DNA of 64,000 nt, from assembly GCA_965207375.1 (NCBI GenBank), contig CBDBMG010000001.1, forward strand, positions 256,001-320,000. The letters run 5' to 3'. The notes beneath the pieces were generated by a model. The model saw nothing but the letters and a program-made list of their open reading frames with translations. It made no database searches and was not told where the DNA came from. Below, piece by piece: positions 52,943 to 64,000 of this stretch; within the stretch, counting starts at the first letter, position 1, and every line of letters starts with the position of its first letter. The stretch comes from Nitrosopumilaceae archaeon. Lineage in GTDB: Archaea; Thermoproteota; Nitrososphaeria; Nitrososphaerales; Nitrosopumilaceae. Made by a program: the position numbers and the translations under genes.

Positions 52943-55365
52943 GTCCACACTACAAAATTGCACCATTGTCTACAGGTGATTTGCAGTTGGCCTTGTATTT
53001 GATAATAATAATTGTGTCCTTTCTTTAGCTGATCCAATAATGGGATTTTCTCTGCACAAGCAGGACATTTGATTTCAACCAAACCGTATGGTTGTCTTTC
53101 ACTGGGGTTGGTTACTAATCCATCAGGTGATGCACCCATCCAATTAGCCTGCAAGGTAGAATTGTACATAATAATCAAGGTACTCTTTACATTGAACCTG
53201 CACAGAAAAATACATTCCTATGGAATGATAGTAAGCTATGTATGTATGTATGTAACTACCTGAAAATCTATGTGAAAACCTGTCTTTTGTACAGTTGCAT
53301 CGTTGTGATGATGCTTCTGAAGATATTCCAGATATAAGTCTCGAGCTCTAGACTCATTATCATGGCCATATACTTCATGGCTTTTGTTGTGCGTGATTTC
53401 GAGTATAAAAGTCTAATTACTAGTGGAGCATATTCCGCTCTTCGCTTGATGATTTCCCCAAAGGAAGAAGCAGTCACACATCCTCGACGCTGCACAATCC
53501 ATTCTCCTGATTGATCGTCTCCCTGGTCAACTGTTCTAATACTTATCTGATGTATTTCCTCATTGAACACCTGCCAGTAGTGATCAACAACAATATTAAT
53601 TTTTATGTTTTATCACCAACCTGTAGACATGTCAAGTACTCTTGACAGAGTCGCTTCAGTTCATCTGCCGGTTCTGCTGGATCACTGCCATATGATGTAT
53701 CAGGTGAGGAATTGACTGTAGATTGTCCATATCGTGTCATTAATCGTTATTTCTTATATCTCAGGAGAATTTTTCGTGCAGTGTCTTTATCATGCTTCCG
53801 CTTTATTTCAATGGTAAACTTGTCACATATAGAAGATTGTATTCCCAGATTGTTTTAAATGGATGTTGTCCAGCCAGGACCATTTTGTACTCGTAATGCA
53901 GCAGCCATTGGTCTATGCTGAAAGGAACCAGACTGAATTCTGTTATATAAATTTACCCCCATCCATTTTGCATCTAATGGACATGAAATTTTCCGTTATA
54001 TTGGTGGTCTTGTTTTGTACAAGTTGAGCAGCTTTGGAAACCAATCGATCCCCTGCTGCCTGCTGCCTCAACATCACGAAGAAAATCAGGAGGCAGCTTA
54101 TCAAGAGGTGATGTTCCTGTGATCAGTAAGTAATAATTAAAAATCTAGAATAATAAATTTATTATTGCTTTATCTGTAGGCCCTTTGGACTTCTGCTTGC
54201 AGAAAGCTGAGTTGCACTGATCATGCAAGCCGAAGTAATGACGGGGACCATTCCTTAGGTCATGGCGAAGCACTGTGATGTCAGAAGTGGCGCTATGCAT
54301 CTTAATGGCACATCTTGCTCCGTGCATGACACATTTCATCATAGCCTGTGATAGTCCATATTTATAACAATACTATAGTTTGTCATTACAGAGTGCTTCC
54401 AGCCTATTTCAATAGCATTTTACCACATGGTTAGCACATTCTACTTTAGTGATGTCACGACCATATGTCGGAACTCCAGTCACTATACTGTGGTAAACTG
54501 AACTATCACCATCTCCTATTAGCCAAAGATATCTCAGGCCATGCATGATTTCTGTGAAACTCACCCAATCAATATCATGTGATCTGCACTATTAATCTAA
54601 TTAAGTGTAACTAATGCTATATTTTGAATTTGCATCTTATTTGCTACATAATGTAACTTCTTTAAGTATCTTTTGTTGGATTATGTATGACTTTGGTTTA
54701 CTAACACCATAAATTGGATTTTTTTATTTTAGCAAATTGCCGATTTCATTAAATTTAGCCACTACTGTTTGTGTCATGTGAAGTGCCCTATAGCTACCCA
54801 TGGGAGTGATGTATACTGTTACATCAATGGCACCAATGATGTATACAAACATAGCTACGTATCATTGACATCTGCATTGTATATTGAACGTGATAAAATT
54901 GTGAAAACAGGCCTATATAGTAGATATTTTGCATGAAGACATCACTTTGCCCCCCAGCCTCCCGATATATCTGATTTTGCCCCTCCCCAGCCAAAATTGT
55001 GAAAGAAACCCTACTGATATTGTTACAATCAATTTGGTACATCTAAAACTGTCAAGTAAGTGCTTTGGAGCTTATTCAACTAGTCACACTCATGCATATG
55101 ACAATGATATCATAAAAAGGATATACATATGCACAAAAGCACCTTGTGATAAGACACACACAGATATTTATAGGTCTAAATCAGGCACACTAGCCCTAGT
55201 TGTAAAAACTCCCTATTGTATATCAATACCCAATTTGTTTCCATACTCTTTTGATCTGTAAGAACTTATTGATTTTTAGTTAAGTTATTCAATCCCTATT
55301 CCCTTTTTATATTTTACTCTTTGCCCATATATGCAGTGGCCACTTGTACCTCAAGTAACCAAAAT

Positions 55366-55728
55366 TAGTGTTGCACCAATTATTTTTATTTATCAGTATC
55401 AGCACACTTAGGCATGCTAGTAGCAGATTATTTACTAATGAAAGCCATATCTTATACAAACGCTGAGGTTAACACTAACTTTTCCAGACAAGTCTCAGCC
55501 TACCTTTATAGAAGTGCTAATTTGTACTTATAACCAGTAATATGATGCATGCTTTAACTTGTGGGATACCTCCAAGTTCTGTAGTTGAAGTTTTCAGTAC
55601 AGTTATGAACAATAGTGGCTTTAAATCAATAAACTCTATATTGGCTTGGATATTAGTATATCGGCAGATTTGATGCAAAGATATCGGTTATCGGAAAATC
55701 CCAAAATTCCCATATCGGTGCAACACTA
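55366..55728. mobile_element. hAT-type MITE
   Basis: TAGTGTTGCACC / GGTGCAACACTA; 8-bp TSD ACCAAAAT. Confidence 0.9.
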
Positions 55729-55844
55729 ACCAAAATACTTCAGACTCTGTGTGCACCTGTCCATTAAGTAGAATTACATTGACTTCTAAATTGGAATAGG
55801 TTGGTTAAATCCATATTTGGATATGTGTCATTGGCACCTGCATT

Positions 55845-56042
<198 letters not shown>

Positions 56043-57494
56043 AAGTTCATAGCAATACATGCATCATATTATATTTCTAAAGATTTTGAATTGATGTTAG
56101 AGGCACACATACGTAGCTACAGGAGCTATATTTATCTCATAGAATCATTGCAGCTGGCAGTATTTGCATATCATCTGCATGTGCAGCAAATGTTATATCC
56201 TATTTTTATACTCAGGTTTGCCCCACGATGCTATTAGCATCTGTTTAGTTTTTATTAAGTATGGCAATACTCAATATGAAACACCATGGCTTCTGGCATT
56301 AGATAATTCTTTAGCCTTTCATGCACAAGAATTAAAATCCATTTGATGTTATAGCTACACTCCTTTCATTACATAGCTAGGTACAAAGCAACAATAGATG
56401 GCCAACCCTATATTCCAAAACTTTGTTATTTACTTTATAGTATTTGGTATAAGTAGCTAAGTATATATAAGAGAGTTGTGATACTGAAAGAAATATATAA
56501 CATTTCAAGTACCAAGAAATAAAATTTGTTTGCAGGTGATCAAAAAATGTTTTGGGAACCTAACTACGTATCAAGACACACTATTGTGAGTCATAAGGCT
56601 AAGAAGAACTCATGATGGTTGAGGGATATTACTTGGGGGAAATACAAAAGAAAAGCCCAAAGTATTAATCCTCCCCTTTTTTACAAATTTATTTACTCTG
56701 CATACTTTATATAAGGTTTCTTGTCAGGATTTGCTTATAACTATAACATCTGTTTATGTATATGCTAAGCAAAAACAGCCTGGCTACAAGTGCAAAGCCA
56801 ATCAGATGCAACAATGGTTATAATCGACCAAAAACTCTGATATCAAGTAATGCCAAGAAGTTAAACATTTTATTAAAAATCCTTTTACTTGAATGACATA
56901 CAATAGTTTACAGGACATTTTCACAACTATGATTGGCTTTGTCACTTGGCCACCATCTTTTATAAAGGTAGCCAAGTGATAAAGCCAATCATAGTTGTGA
57001 AAATGCCCTGTAAACTATTGTATATCATTCAAGTAAAAGGATTTTTAATCAAATGTTTAACTTTTTGGGCTTACGGTTGCTTATAATCATTGCTGCTTCT
57101 GATTGGCTTCCCACTTCTTTTTACAACCAGGCTGTTTTTGTATATATAACACTTTATATTGTTAAGTAGGAATCAACATGGAAAAGTTGATGTCAAAATT
57201 TTATGCCTACAATAAGCTTTACCATTGGTGATGATGTAAAAACACTGTAATCTGAAAATGCTGATGGTGTGATCTGTAGAGAATTGAAATTTTTCCTGGT
57301 ACTAGAGGTGGGCGGTATCACAAAAATGGAGACGGTACGGTATTATTTTAAAATATCACAATATCACGATATTGTCATCATCATAATGTTCAATTGTTAT
57401 TGCACCTCAGTGCATCAAAATTCATCTAAAATCTCATGTATGTATGATAGCTACAAATATGTCAACTAGCTAGAATGTGTTTTTTCTTATGCAG

Positions 57495-57542
57495 GCAGTG
57501 AATCAGTTTATGATGATGTTGATATTGGAGGTGGTCAGACAT
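57495..57542 (+). CDS. Candidate 48-bp symmetric phase-1 micro-exon (GSESVYDDVDIGGGQT), possibly of gene copy 2
   Basis: Pyrimidine tract plus gcag acceptor, donor T|GTATGG, length divisible by 3 and the same phase as the other exons. No homology support. Confidence 0.3.
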
Positions 57543-57644
57543 GTATGGCTGCGTTGAGAGCCTTTAGCTCATAACTGATAGCTATATACGCTATACTGAT
57601 TGATGTCTGCTTGTTGTGTCTATTACACATTGCCTTTCTTCAGC

Positions 57645-58367
57645 GGGTGTCTGGATTCAGTGGAATGGAATGGTGGACTGGAACGGTGGAATGGAATGGT
57701 GGACTGGAACGGCAGAATGGAATGGTGGAAAACACCCATTATGCTTAAGTGTAAAACCTAAAGTACTCATATTACCATATAAACACTTCGCACACGTACC
57801 TAAACTGATTCCCTGGTACAACTTTAACTGGAGACCTAAATTGATTTTTGGACCGCTCAACTTCCACCAAAGATTCCACGTCATCGCATTCATCTACAAT
57901 AATGGGACTTTCAATTGTTCCAGTTGCCTTTTCTTTATTCTCAGACATGACTCGGCTGAATAACAATAAATTACTTAACACCTTAGCCACAAGGTCTAGA
58001 TGTGCGCATTAATTAGAATGAGAAAATTGAATAGTGGCAGGGCGTTACCTATTGCGTTAGCTCACACAGTATTAAACCGACAAAGCCAAGTGATCTGACC
58101 ACGCGGTACACTGATATCGATTCAGATTTACTATTGAAACCATTCCAGCTAGATTAATGCCCGCATTAATTAAATGTTAATACATTAAAATCAGAGATAA
58201 TAATATTATATAGGGCGCTACTGCCCAACTGAGGTATAAACGAACTGCTGTGTGGTCACTGCGAACAACTGACAGCGATTTTTGATTCCAATTAGTCCAC
58301 CATTCCAGGCCACCATTCCATTCCACCGTTCCAGTCCACCATTCCATTCCACTGAATCCAGACACCC
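57645..58367. mobile_element. Mutator-type MITE with TGGAA-rich TIRs
   Basis: GGGTGTCTGGATTCAGTGGAATGGAATGGTGGAC... / ...CCATTCCACTGAATCCAGACACCC; 9-bp TSD TTCTTCAGC. Confidence 0.92.
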
Positions 58368-58889
58368 TTCTTCAGCTGCTATATTTGCACATCTCCTGCG
58401 CATGTAGCTATTCACTGTGTCTGAGTAATCGCTCTTCCCTCTTCTCAGGAGTTTCAGCAGCTCTGTGTAACCTGTACAACTCCCTTCTTCGTGCCAGCCT
58501 ATGTTCCCTAGCTGGATCCATCATTCATCAAGAGTAGACTGGATGGGAGACTGCCGGGATTCCACGTGCAAAAATCACCTCGCTATTAATAGATACTCAG
58601 TAATCTACCCAGTAGATTTAGTTATATGCCGTGTCATGAACTATCCTACGAACATATATGGAAGTTCAGTAATATACGCCGTGAACCTATACCATGTCAT
58701 GAACTATCCTACGAACATAATAAATTATAAGGAAGTTTTGGGATACTACCGGGTGATTCCATATCACGCAAGAACTTGCAAGGTTTGTTATTCGTGTTCT
58801 TTAATCTATGCCGTGTACTTATATCATATCATGAGCTATCCTACGAACATATAAGGAAGTTTTGTGATACTACCAGGTGATTTTGTGCC

Positions 58890-61416
58890 AGAAAGAGGTA
58901 TGTCATGGTTTCTTAGCTAAAAATCCTGGGAAAGTAGTAACTCGTTATGAGTTTTCAGCACTGTTTGGGAAAGCATGGACTCGCAGCATGAATATGACAA
59001 ATGTTATTGCAGGGTTTCGTATCACTGGAATATTTCCATTCAATAGAAATGCTTTATCAGTTTCAGGGTCAGAAACTCCATCAAAATTCAATCCGAAGTC
59101 GTTGTGTGAAGGTACTAAGCTGAAGTTTATTCCTGTCTATAGCCCAGCACAAAGCAAATCAATGCCACCATCCAGCTATTATGATTTTACTGAAGAAGAG
59201 GTTGCTCTTTTCACAAAGAGATATGAGGAAAGGTATGATCTTACTCATGATAAGTGATGCAATTATTGGGTCCAACTTAAGAATGATGAAGGTGCTATAA
59301 AGGACTGTGTTTCTTCAGAGCCTGTTATTATAAATGATTCTGCATTGCCGAAAAGTGCAATAGTATCCAAGGATGTTTCTAAGGAGTCGGGGGTTGATAC
59401 CACCAAAAAGAACAATGCTAGTGTTGCTAGGAAGGAACATGCACAGCTGAAACATTCAACAGCATTATCCAAAGTTTTATCTTCTCAAGAGCTAGCAGTT
59501 GTCAAAATCGCTACAAAACCACCAAAAACATCAGCTTGGGTATTGACCAGTTCTGAAAACATGAATATACTAGAGGAAAAAGAAAAGAAAAAACAAGAAG
59601 AAGCTGAGGAGAAAAGAAAACGTAAGATAGCAGCAGAAGAAAAACAAAAAGAAAGAGAAAAAATCAAAGATAAGAAAAAGGTAGCTAGCTGATCATATGT
59701 ACGTAATGTAAACTATTCTTCACATACATTAGCTAGCTATAGATACTTAGCTATAGTAAAGCTAAGTGCATGAAATGAAGACACTATTAAATTGGTTTAG
59801 ACTATTAACTGATCTATAGTAAGCTTTTATATAAGCAGCAGGAGCTTGTAATTTCCGTGTCATGACAAGCTAGCTATGTAGCTATGGCAAAACTATATAG
59901 CTGGCTATGTAGCTATGTATAGCTATTCTATGCATACGATAAATAGCTAAAGATAATGTGAGGAGCTGACCTGTAATCATAAAATTGTTGGGATGTAGTT
60001 AAAAATGGACCTGAATAATCATCATTGGCTTGGCTATAATATAATAGCTATAGCTAGCTAGCTAAGATAGTTGTTATATTTGTAATATGTAGCTGTATAT
60101 ATAAAGCCTTCTACTTGTTCTATTGCAATATATATCTATATACTATATTGTAACAGCTGCAAAGGCTCCTGCACAGTGTTCTGAAAAGTCTGGTGTCCGT
60201 AAAGGTGTCACCGGTAGTAGAGGTATAGTTATAGCTATATAACTAGCTACACATAGCTCATGTGAAGTCATGATCAATATACATAGGTGAAAACCCTGAG
60301 ATTGTATGTATTTGTCAGAAAGAGAAATTTGGACGTATGATGAAATGTGAGAATAGCAAGTGTGAAAAACGCTTCTCTTGCATCGGCTTGACTAGGAGGC
60401 CACTTGGAATGTGGTACTGTCAAGAGTGTGATGGTAAGCTAGCCATGTAGCCAAATACATGCATAGCTAGCTAAGAAATTGCATTACATTTTAATAGCTG
60501 CAAGGGTTAGAACTCCACCAAAGACTTCTCAAAAATCCACTAAAGTTGTTACCAGGAATCAAGTGCAAAGTAAAGTCAAATAATATATATTGTTATAGTG
60601 ATTAGCTGCTCTCTTCTGTGTATATAGTTATATTAGTTATGTAATATAGCTAACTACGTATATCATTAATTTGCCTGAGAACCTCAAAAAAGCAACTGTT
60701 TTCATTTATTAAGAAAACAATAGATCTATAGAGCATTATATCTATGTATTTATCATTGGCGGATTTGAGGGGGCAAGGGGGCATTGCCCTCCAAAATTAC
60801 CTTTCGCCATAAAGGTATAAACAATATCCTTTACAGAAAGTTTGTTTTTATGCTTTGCAGTATACAATTACTCTATAACTTTAGGGTCCAAACCCCTTGG
60901 CCCCCCACTCAGGGGTCCTAGATCCATCCATGAATATTATTATGTAGCTACAATTTTATTTTATCTTGTTATATAATGATGTACAGTAGTTGAACACCTT
61001 GATATTGTTTGCATAGAACATGAAATAAGGACTGAAAATTGTTCAGACATATGTCTAAAATCTGTTCTGACATTTGCAAAAAAGATCTGAGATTAGCATA
61101 AATGTGTACTGTCACATTATATTTTGACTCAGATGTCTGACCCTATACAGTGTATTTAATTTCATGTTCTACAAGGCTATATTTAAACCTCAATTAGCAA
61201 ATTACTTTTCTGAATTTAGTGGCACAAAAGGATCAAGAAAAATGTTCTGCTACTAAAAAACCGGTGTGGTGTGTGTGTCACAAAGAAGAACATGGTCGAA
61301 TGATCCTATAGCTATGTGATAATGAAACTTGCAAAATAGGCTGGTTTCATTTTCCCTGTGTTAGATTATCCCAAAAACCACCTGGATTGTGGTATTGTGA
61401 AGACTGCAAGCCATAG
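58890..61416 (+). pseudogene. 3' remnant of a pogo/DDE_1-type transposase gene with a coiled-coil and two ING-type PHD finger exons
   Basis: VVTRYEFSALFGKAW...NVIAGFRITGIFPFNRNA (post-DDE pogo motif), VLTSSENMNILEEKEKKK. PHD1 ~60300-60432: CICQKEKFGRMMKCENSKC..WYCQEC. PHD2 61261-61416: WCVCHKEEHGRMIL*LCDNETCKIGWFHFPCV..WYCEDC. In-frame stops. Confidence 0.7.
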
Positions 61417-61852
61417 ACAGTTACATTCATAGTCATGATTAAGCCGCATAAATTGATGCATTAATTTACTGGTATTACTATTGATCACCCCCACTGTGAC
61501 AATATTATATAGCTGCTGAAACCAAATGTTGACTCACTGACTTATTGAGCTTAGACCTCAAATGACCGCATGGAGGTGTATGACCCAGGTTAAAACCTTT
61601 GTCTTCAGTTTCAGTAACTATAGATCAATTCTCTAATAGAGCATTCATATGTGACTACTCCGTTAGAGAGTAATTACATATTTCAAACCCGGATATTGAT
61701 AAGACCATTGATGTGTTTAAAATCTATGTATAAACGGGCACTGAAATTTAATTCACAAAGTAAACTGATTGAGAGAAGAAAACGTGCTCAATTAAGTGGT
61801 CAAAGGACACGCATCACGTGAAACTGGTGCGCATGCACATAATTTATTGAAA

Positions 61853-62568
61853 TAATGGACGATATCCGCAATTACGTATTTTGACGTCACGGAACAATAT
61901 GGCGTCCATAGTGTGGGGACTTTGTACAGAAAATGTATGGTGAGAGTAGCGTTTCATCATAAACGACTTTATAAAATTGAAAAACTCGCTGGTGAGTGTT
62001 ATAGGATGTGTTATAAACCTAAACGAATACGACTGCGCATCACTAAAGATTCCATGGGGCGGGTTTCTGACCAACGCGCATTTAACAATCGAAAACAATA
62101 TTGGAAAAAACAACTCATACAGAGCTAATTGTTTACTATCGACGCGTAAGATGGTTTAGCAGTGCGGGAATAAAGAATAGTAGGCTAGATAGGCTGCATA
62201 CGTGCCTAGTGGGCGTGGCCCAACGTTTCATTACTCAGCTTATTAAGCCGTGCACTCCTGCTAATCTACATTTACGCACTACTAGACAGTCCTAGGGACC
62301 AATGGTAAGACAATTAACTTCGTGTGATTCCATTTATGCAATGCTCACTGGAGAGAAACCAGCCCCATGGGCTCTTAGCGATGCGCAAATGTATTCGTTT
62401 ACATTACAATATTGATTATAACACCCACCAACAATTTCTTTTGATTTCATGAAGTCGTTCATGGTGAAACGCAACCTTCACCATACATTCCCTGTACAAA
62501 GTCCCCACACTATGGACTCCATATTGTTTCGTGACGTCAATAAACGTAATTGCGGATATTGTCCATTA
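61853..62568. mobile_element. MITE with ~130-bp imperfect TIRs
   Basis: taatggacgatatccgcaattacgt...catagtgtggggactttgtacag / ctgtacaaagtccccacactatgga...acgtaattgcggatattgtccatta. Confidence 0.85.
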
Positions 62569-62595
62569 CAGTATACGAGCTAGCTTTTAAATATA

Positions 62596-62734
62596 GGTTA
62601 AACCTCAAAACCAAGGGATCTACGGAATTTATAACCCCGAAGGCCCTTGGCTATGCGCCCGAGCATAGCGAGGGCGCTACTAAGGGCCTGAGGGTTATAA
62701 ATTACGTAGACCACGTAGGTTTTGAGGTTTAACC
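62596..62734. mobile_element. 139-bp foldback mini-element with GC-rich centre
   Basis: GGTTAAACCTCAAAACC...GGTTTTGAGGTTTAACC, paired over ~55 bp; central gcccgagcatagcgagggc. Confidence 0.7.
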
Positions 62735-62753
62735 AATTTAGACCCTTTTAAGT

Positions 62754-63720
62754 TATTATTATTATTATTATTTTATTATTTTTATTATCAATTTTGTCAT
62801 GGACAGGGTTGCACAAAAGGCTAGGCCTGCAAACGTGCTCCCCCACAAACATACAAATACAAACACACATACCATATCTAACTATATACACACATACATA
62901 CAGGTATACAAATTACCTACTACATAAATTATAATCCATTATTAGACAATAAAATTCACAACTACAAAACCAAACTATATACAAACTACATACATACATA
63001 CAAGCAAACACATACAACTATATAACCAGTCAAAAAAGAAAGCGACGCAGGGCATGGCGGAATGGGCTGGTCAATACCAGTCTCAATATATTGTATGAAA
63101 CAGCGTTCCACAGGAAGGGACTGTTCACAAAAAACGAAAAGCGATAAGAGTTAAGTGATGATGAGGCCGGTCGAATAGTGAGTGGATGAGACCTGGTGGG
63201 AGCAATGGAGAGCTGAAAATAATCGGAAAAGGAAATAGAATTTCTATTATGTAAAATGTCATGAACTTGGCAAACAGAGAAGTAAATGTGACGTTGATGG
63301 ATAGAAGGCCATTTCAAATCTTTCAAACAAACATCTGATGACCTACTCCAGCAGCAAGAGGAGGAACTCCATCTGCTACCAGCAGCCCAACGAGCAGCTC
63401 GGTTCTGGACACGCTCCAATGTGTTAATATTCTTAGCTGTATGTAGAAACCAAACTGGGCAAGCATACTCCATAATAGGCTGCACAATACACTTATAAGT
63501 AGCAGACCTAACTGTACCAGGAGAATTAAATAAACAATGACGAAGAAAATTGAGGGACCTGGTAGCCTTAGCAGCTACATACTTACAGTGATCATTCCAA
63601 GTTAAATGACTATCAACAAGAATCCCTAAATAACGAATAACAGGTTTGCTGGAGATAAGTTCAGTATCCAGATAATAGTGAGGCACAGGGGGAGACCTCT
63701 TGTTAGACAATACCTTTGCA
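62754..63720 (-). mobile_element. 5'-truncated non-LTR retrotransposon (CR1/L2-like): ORF2 C-terminus, 3' UTR and (AAT)n tail
   Basis: RYLGILVDSHLTWNDHC, YKCIVQPIMEYACPVW, LERVQNRAAR, LKWPSI, SFFVNSPFLWN; (TTA)n run at 62754-62790 on the + strand. Confidence 0.92.
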
Positions 63721-63745
63721 GCTGCTTGTAACAACTAAACAACGG

Positions 63746-63970
63746 GAAAATGTAGCAGTAATTAGGGAAAATGTAGCAGTAATTAGTAATAGTATCGCCT
63801 GATAATTATTTCCTTTTTTAACGCTCACCCGTAGCCAAAATTACGGGCACGCTATTGTCACGTTATTGCTTATTATTTAAACCAATCAAAACACATGTAA
63901 ATTTATAAACATGAAAAGGATCTAAGTAAACATGAAAAGGGTCTAAGTAAACATGAAAAGGGTCTAAGTG
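63746..63970. repeat. Short tandem repeats (21 bp x2 at 63746-63787; 20 bp x3 at 63907-63969)
   Basis: ggaaaatgtagcagtaattag; aaacatgaaaagggtctaagt. Confidence 0.85.
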
Positions 63971-64000
63971 ATTTAGAACACTCCAAAATGTACAGATAAT

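Larger units (their letters stand above)
51700..54560 (-). mobile_element. Degenerate intron-containing Mutator-like transposase with C-terminal YqaJ-like (lambda-exonuclease fold) domain
   Basis: LRYLWLIGDGDSSVY...KVECANHVVK and HDLRNGPRHYFGLHDQC (Mutator-like). WIVQRRGCVTASSFG, GASPDGLV, LVEIKCP, YYYQIQGQLQIT, WCNFVVWT|PS (YqaJ). Stops and frameshifts present. Confidence 0.8.

Noticed and set aside
56536-56585. Possible exon of gene copy 2
   Set aside because: 50 bp long, breaks the phase-1 symmetry, and has no recognisable domain.

Overview
Eukaryotic, AT-rich, transposon-dense animal DNA, probably a demosponge (inferred from Calx-beta exons, ~50-bp introns and the repeat content; not provable from this window). 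The host content is two tandem paralogues of a spliced, secreted gene. Each has a signal-peptide exon, a ~480-aa IgGFc-binding (FCGBP N-terminal-like) exon and Calx-beta exons, and copy 1 also has a basic Ig-like C-terminal module. Copy 1 can be assembled by eye across 1486-35836 (719 aa, all phase-1 introns). Copy 2 starts at 41528 and its 3' end was not found. The introns hold two decayed Ty3/Gypsy elements (one with its 5' gag inverted), a degenerate Mutator-like/YqaJ transposon, a pogo-like remnant with ING-type PHD fingers, a 5'-truncated LINE and many MITEs with clear TSDs. The most unusual object is a young 4.5-kb tyrosine-recombinase element (20547-25073) with Ngaro/PAT-type split direct repeats but no RT/RNase H. 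Its gag-like and recombinase ORFs both appear to be reached from one shared first exon by alternative splicing. Also notable are two repeat families ending in long hairpins, one with its loop flipped between copies, and clustered amino-acid divergence between the paralogues. All calls were made by eye without database searches.
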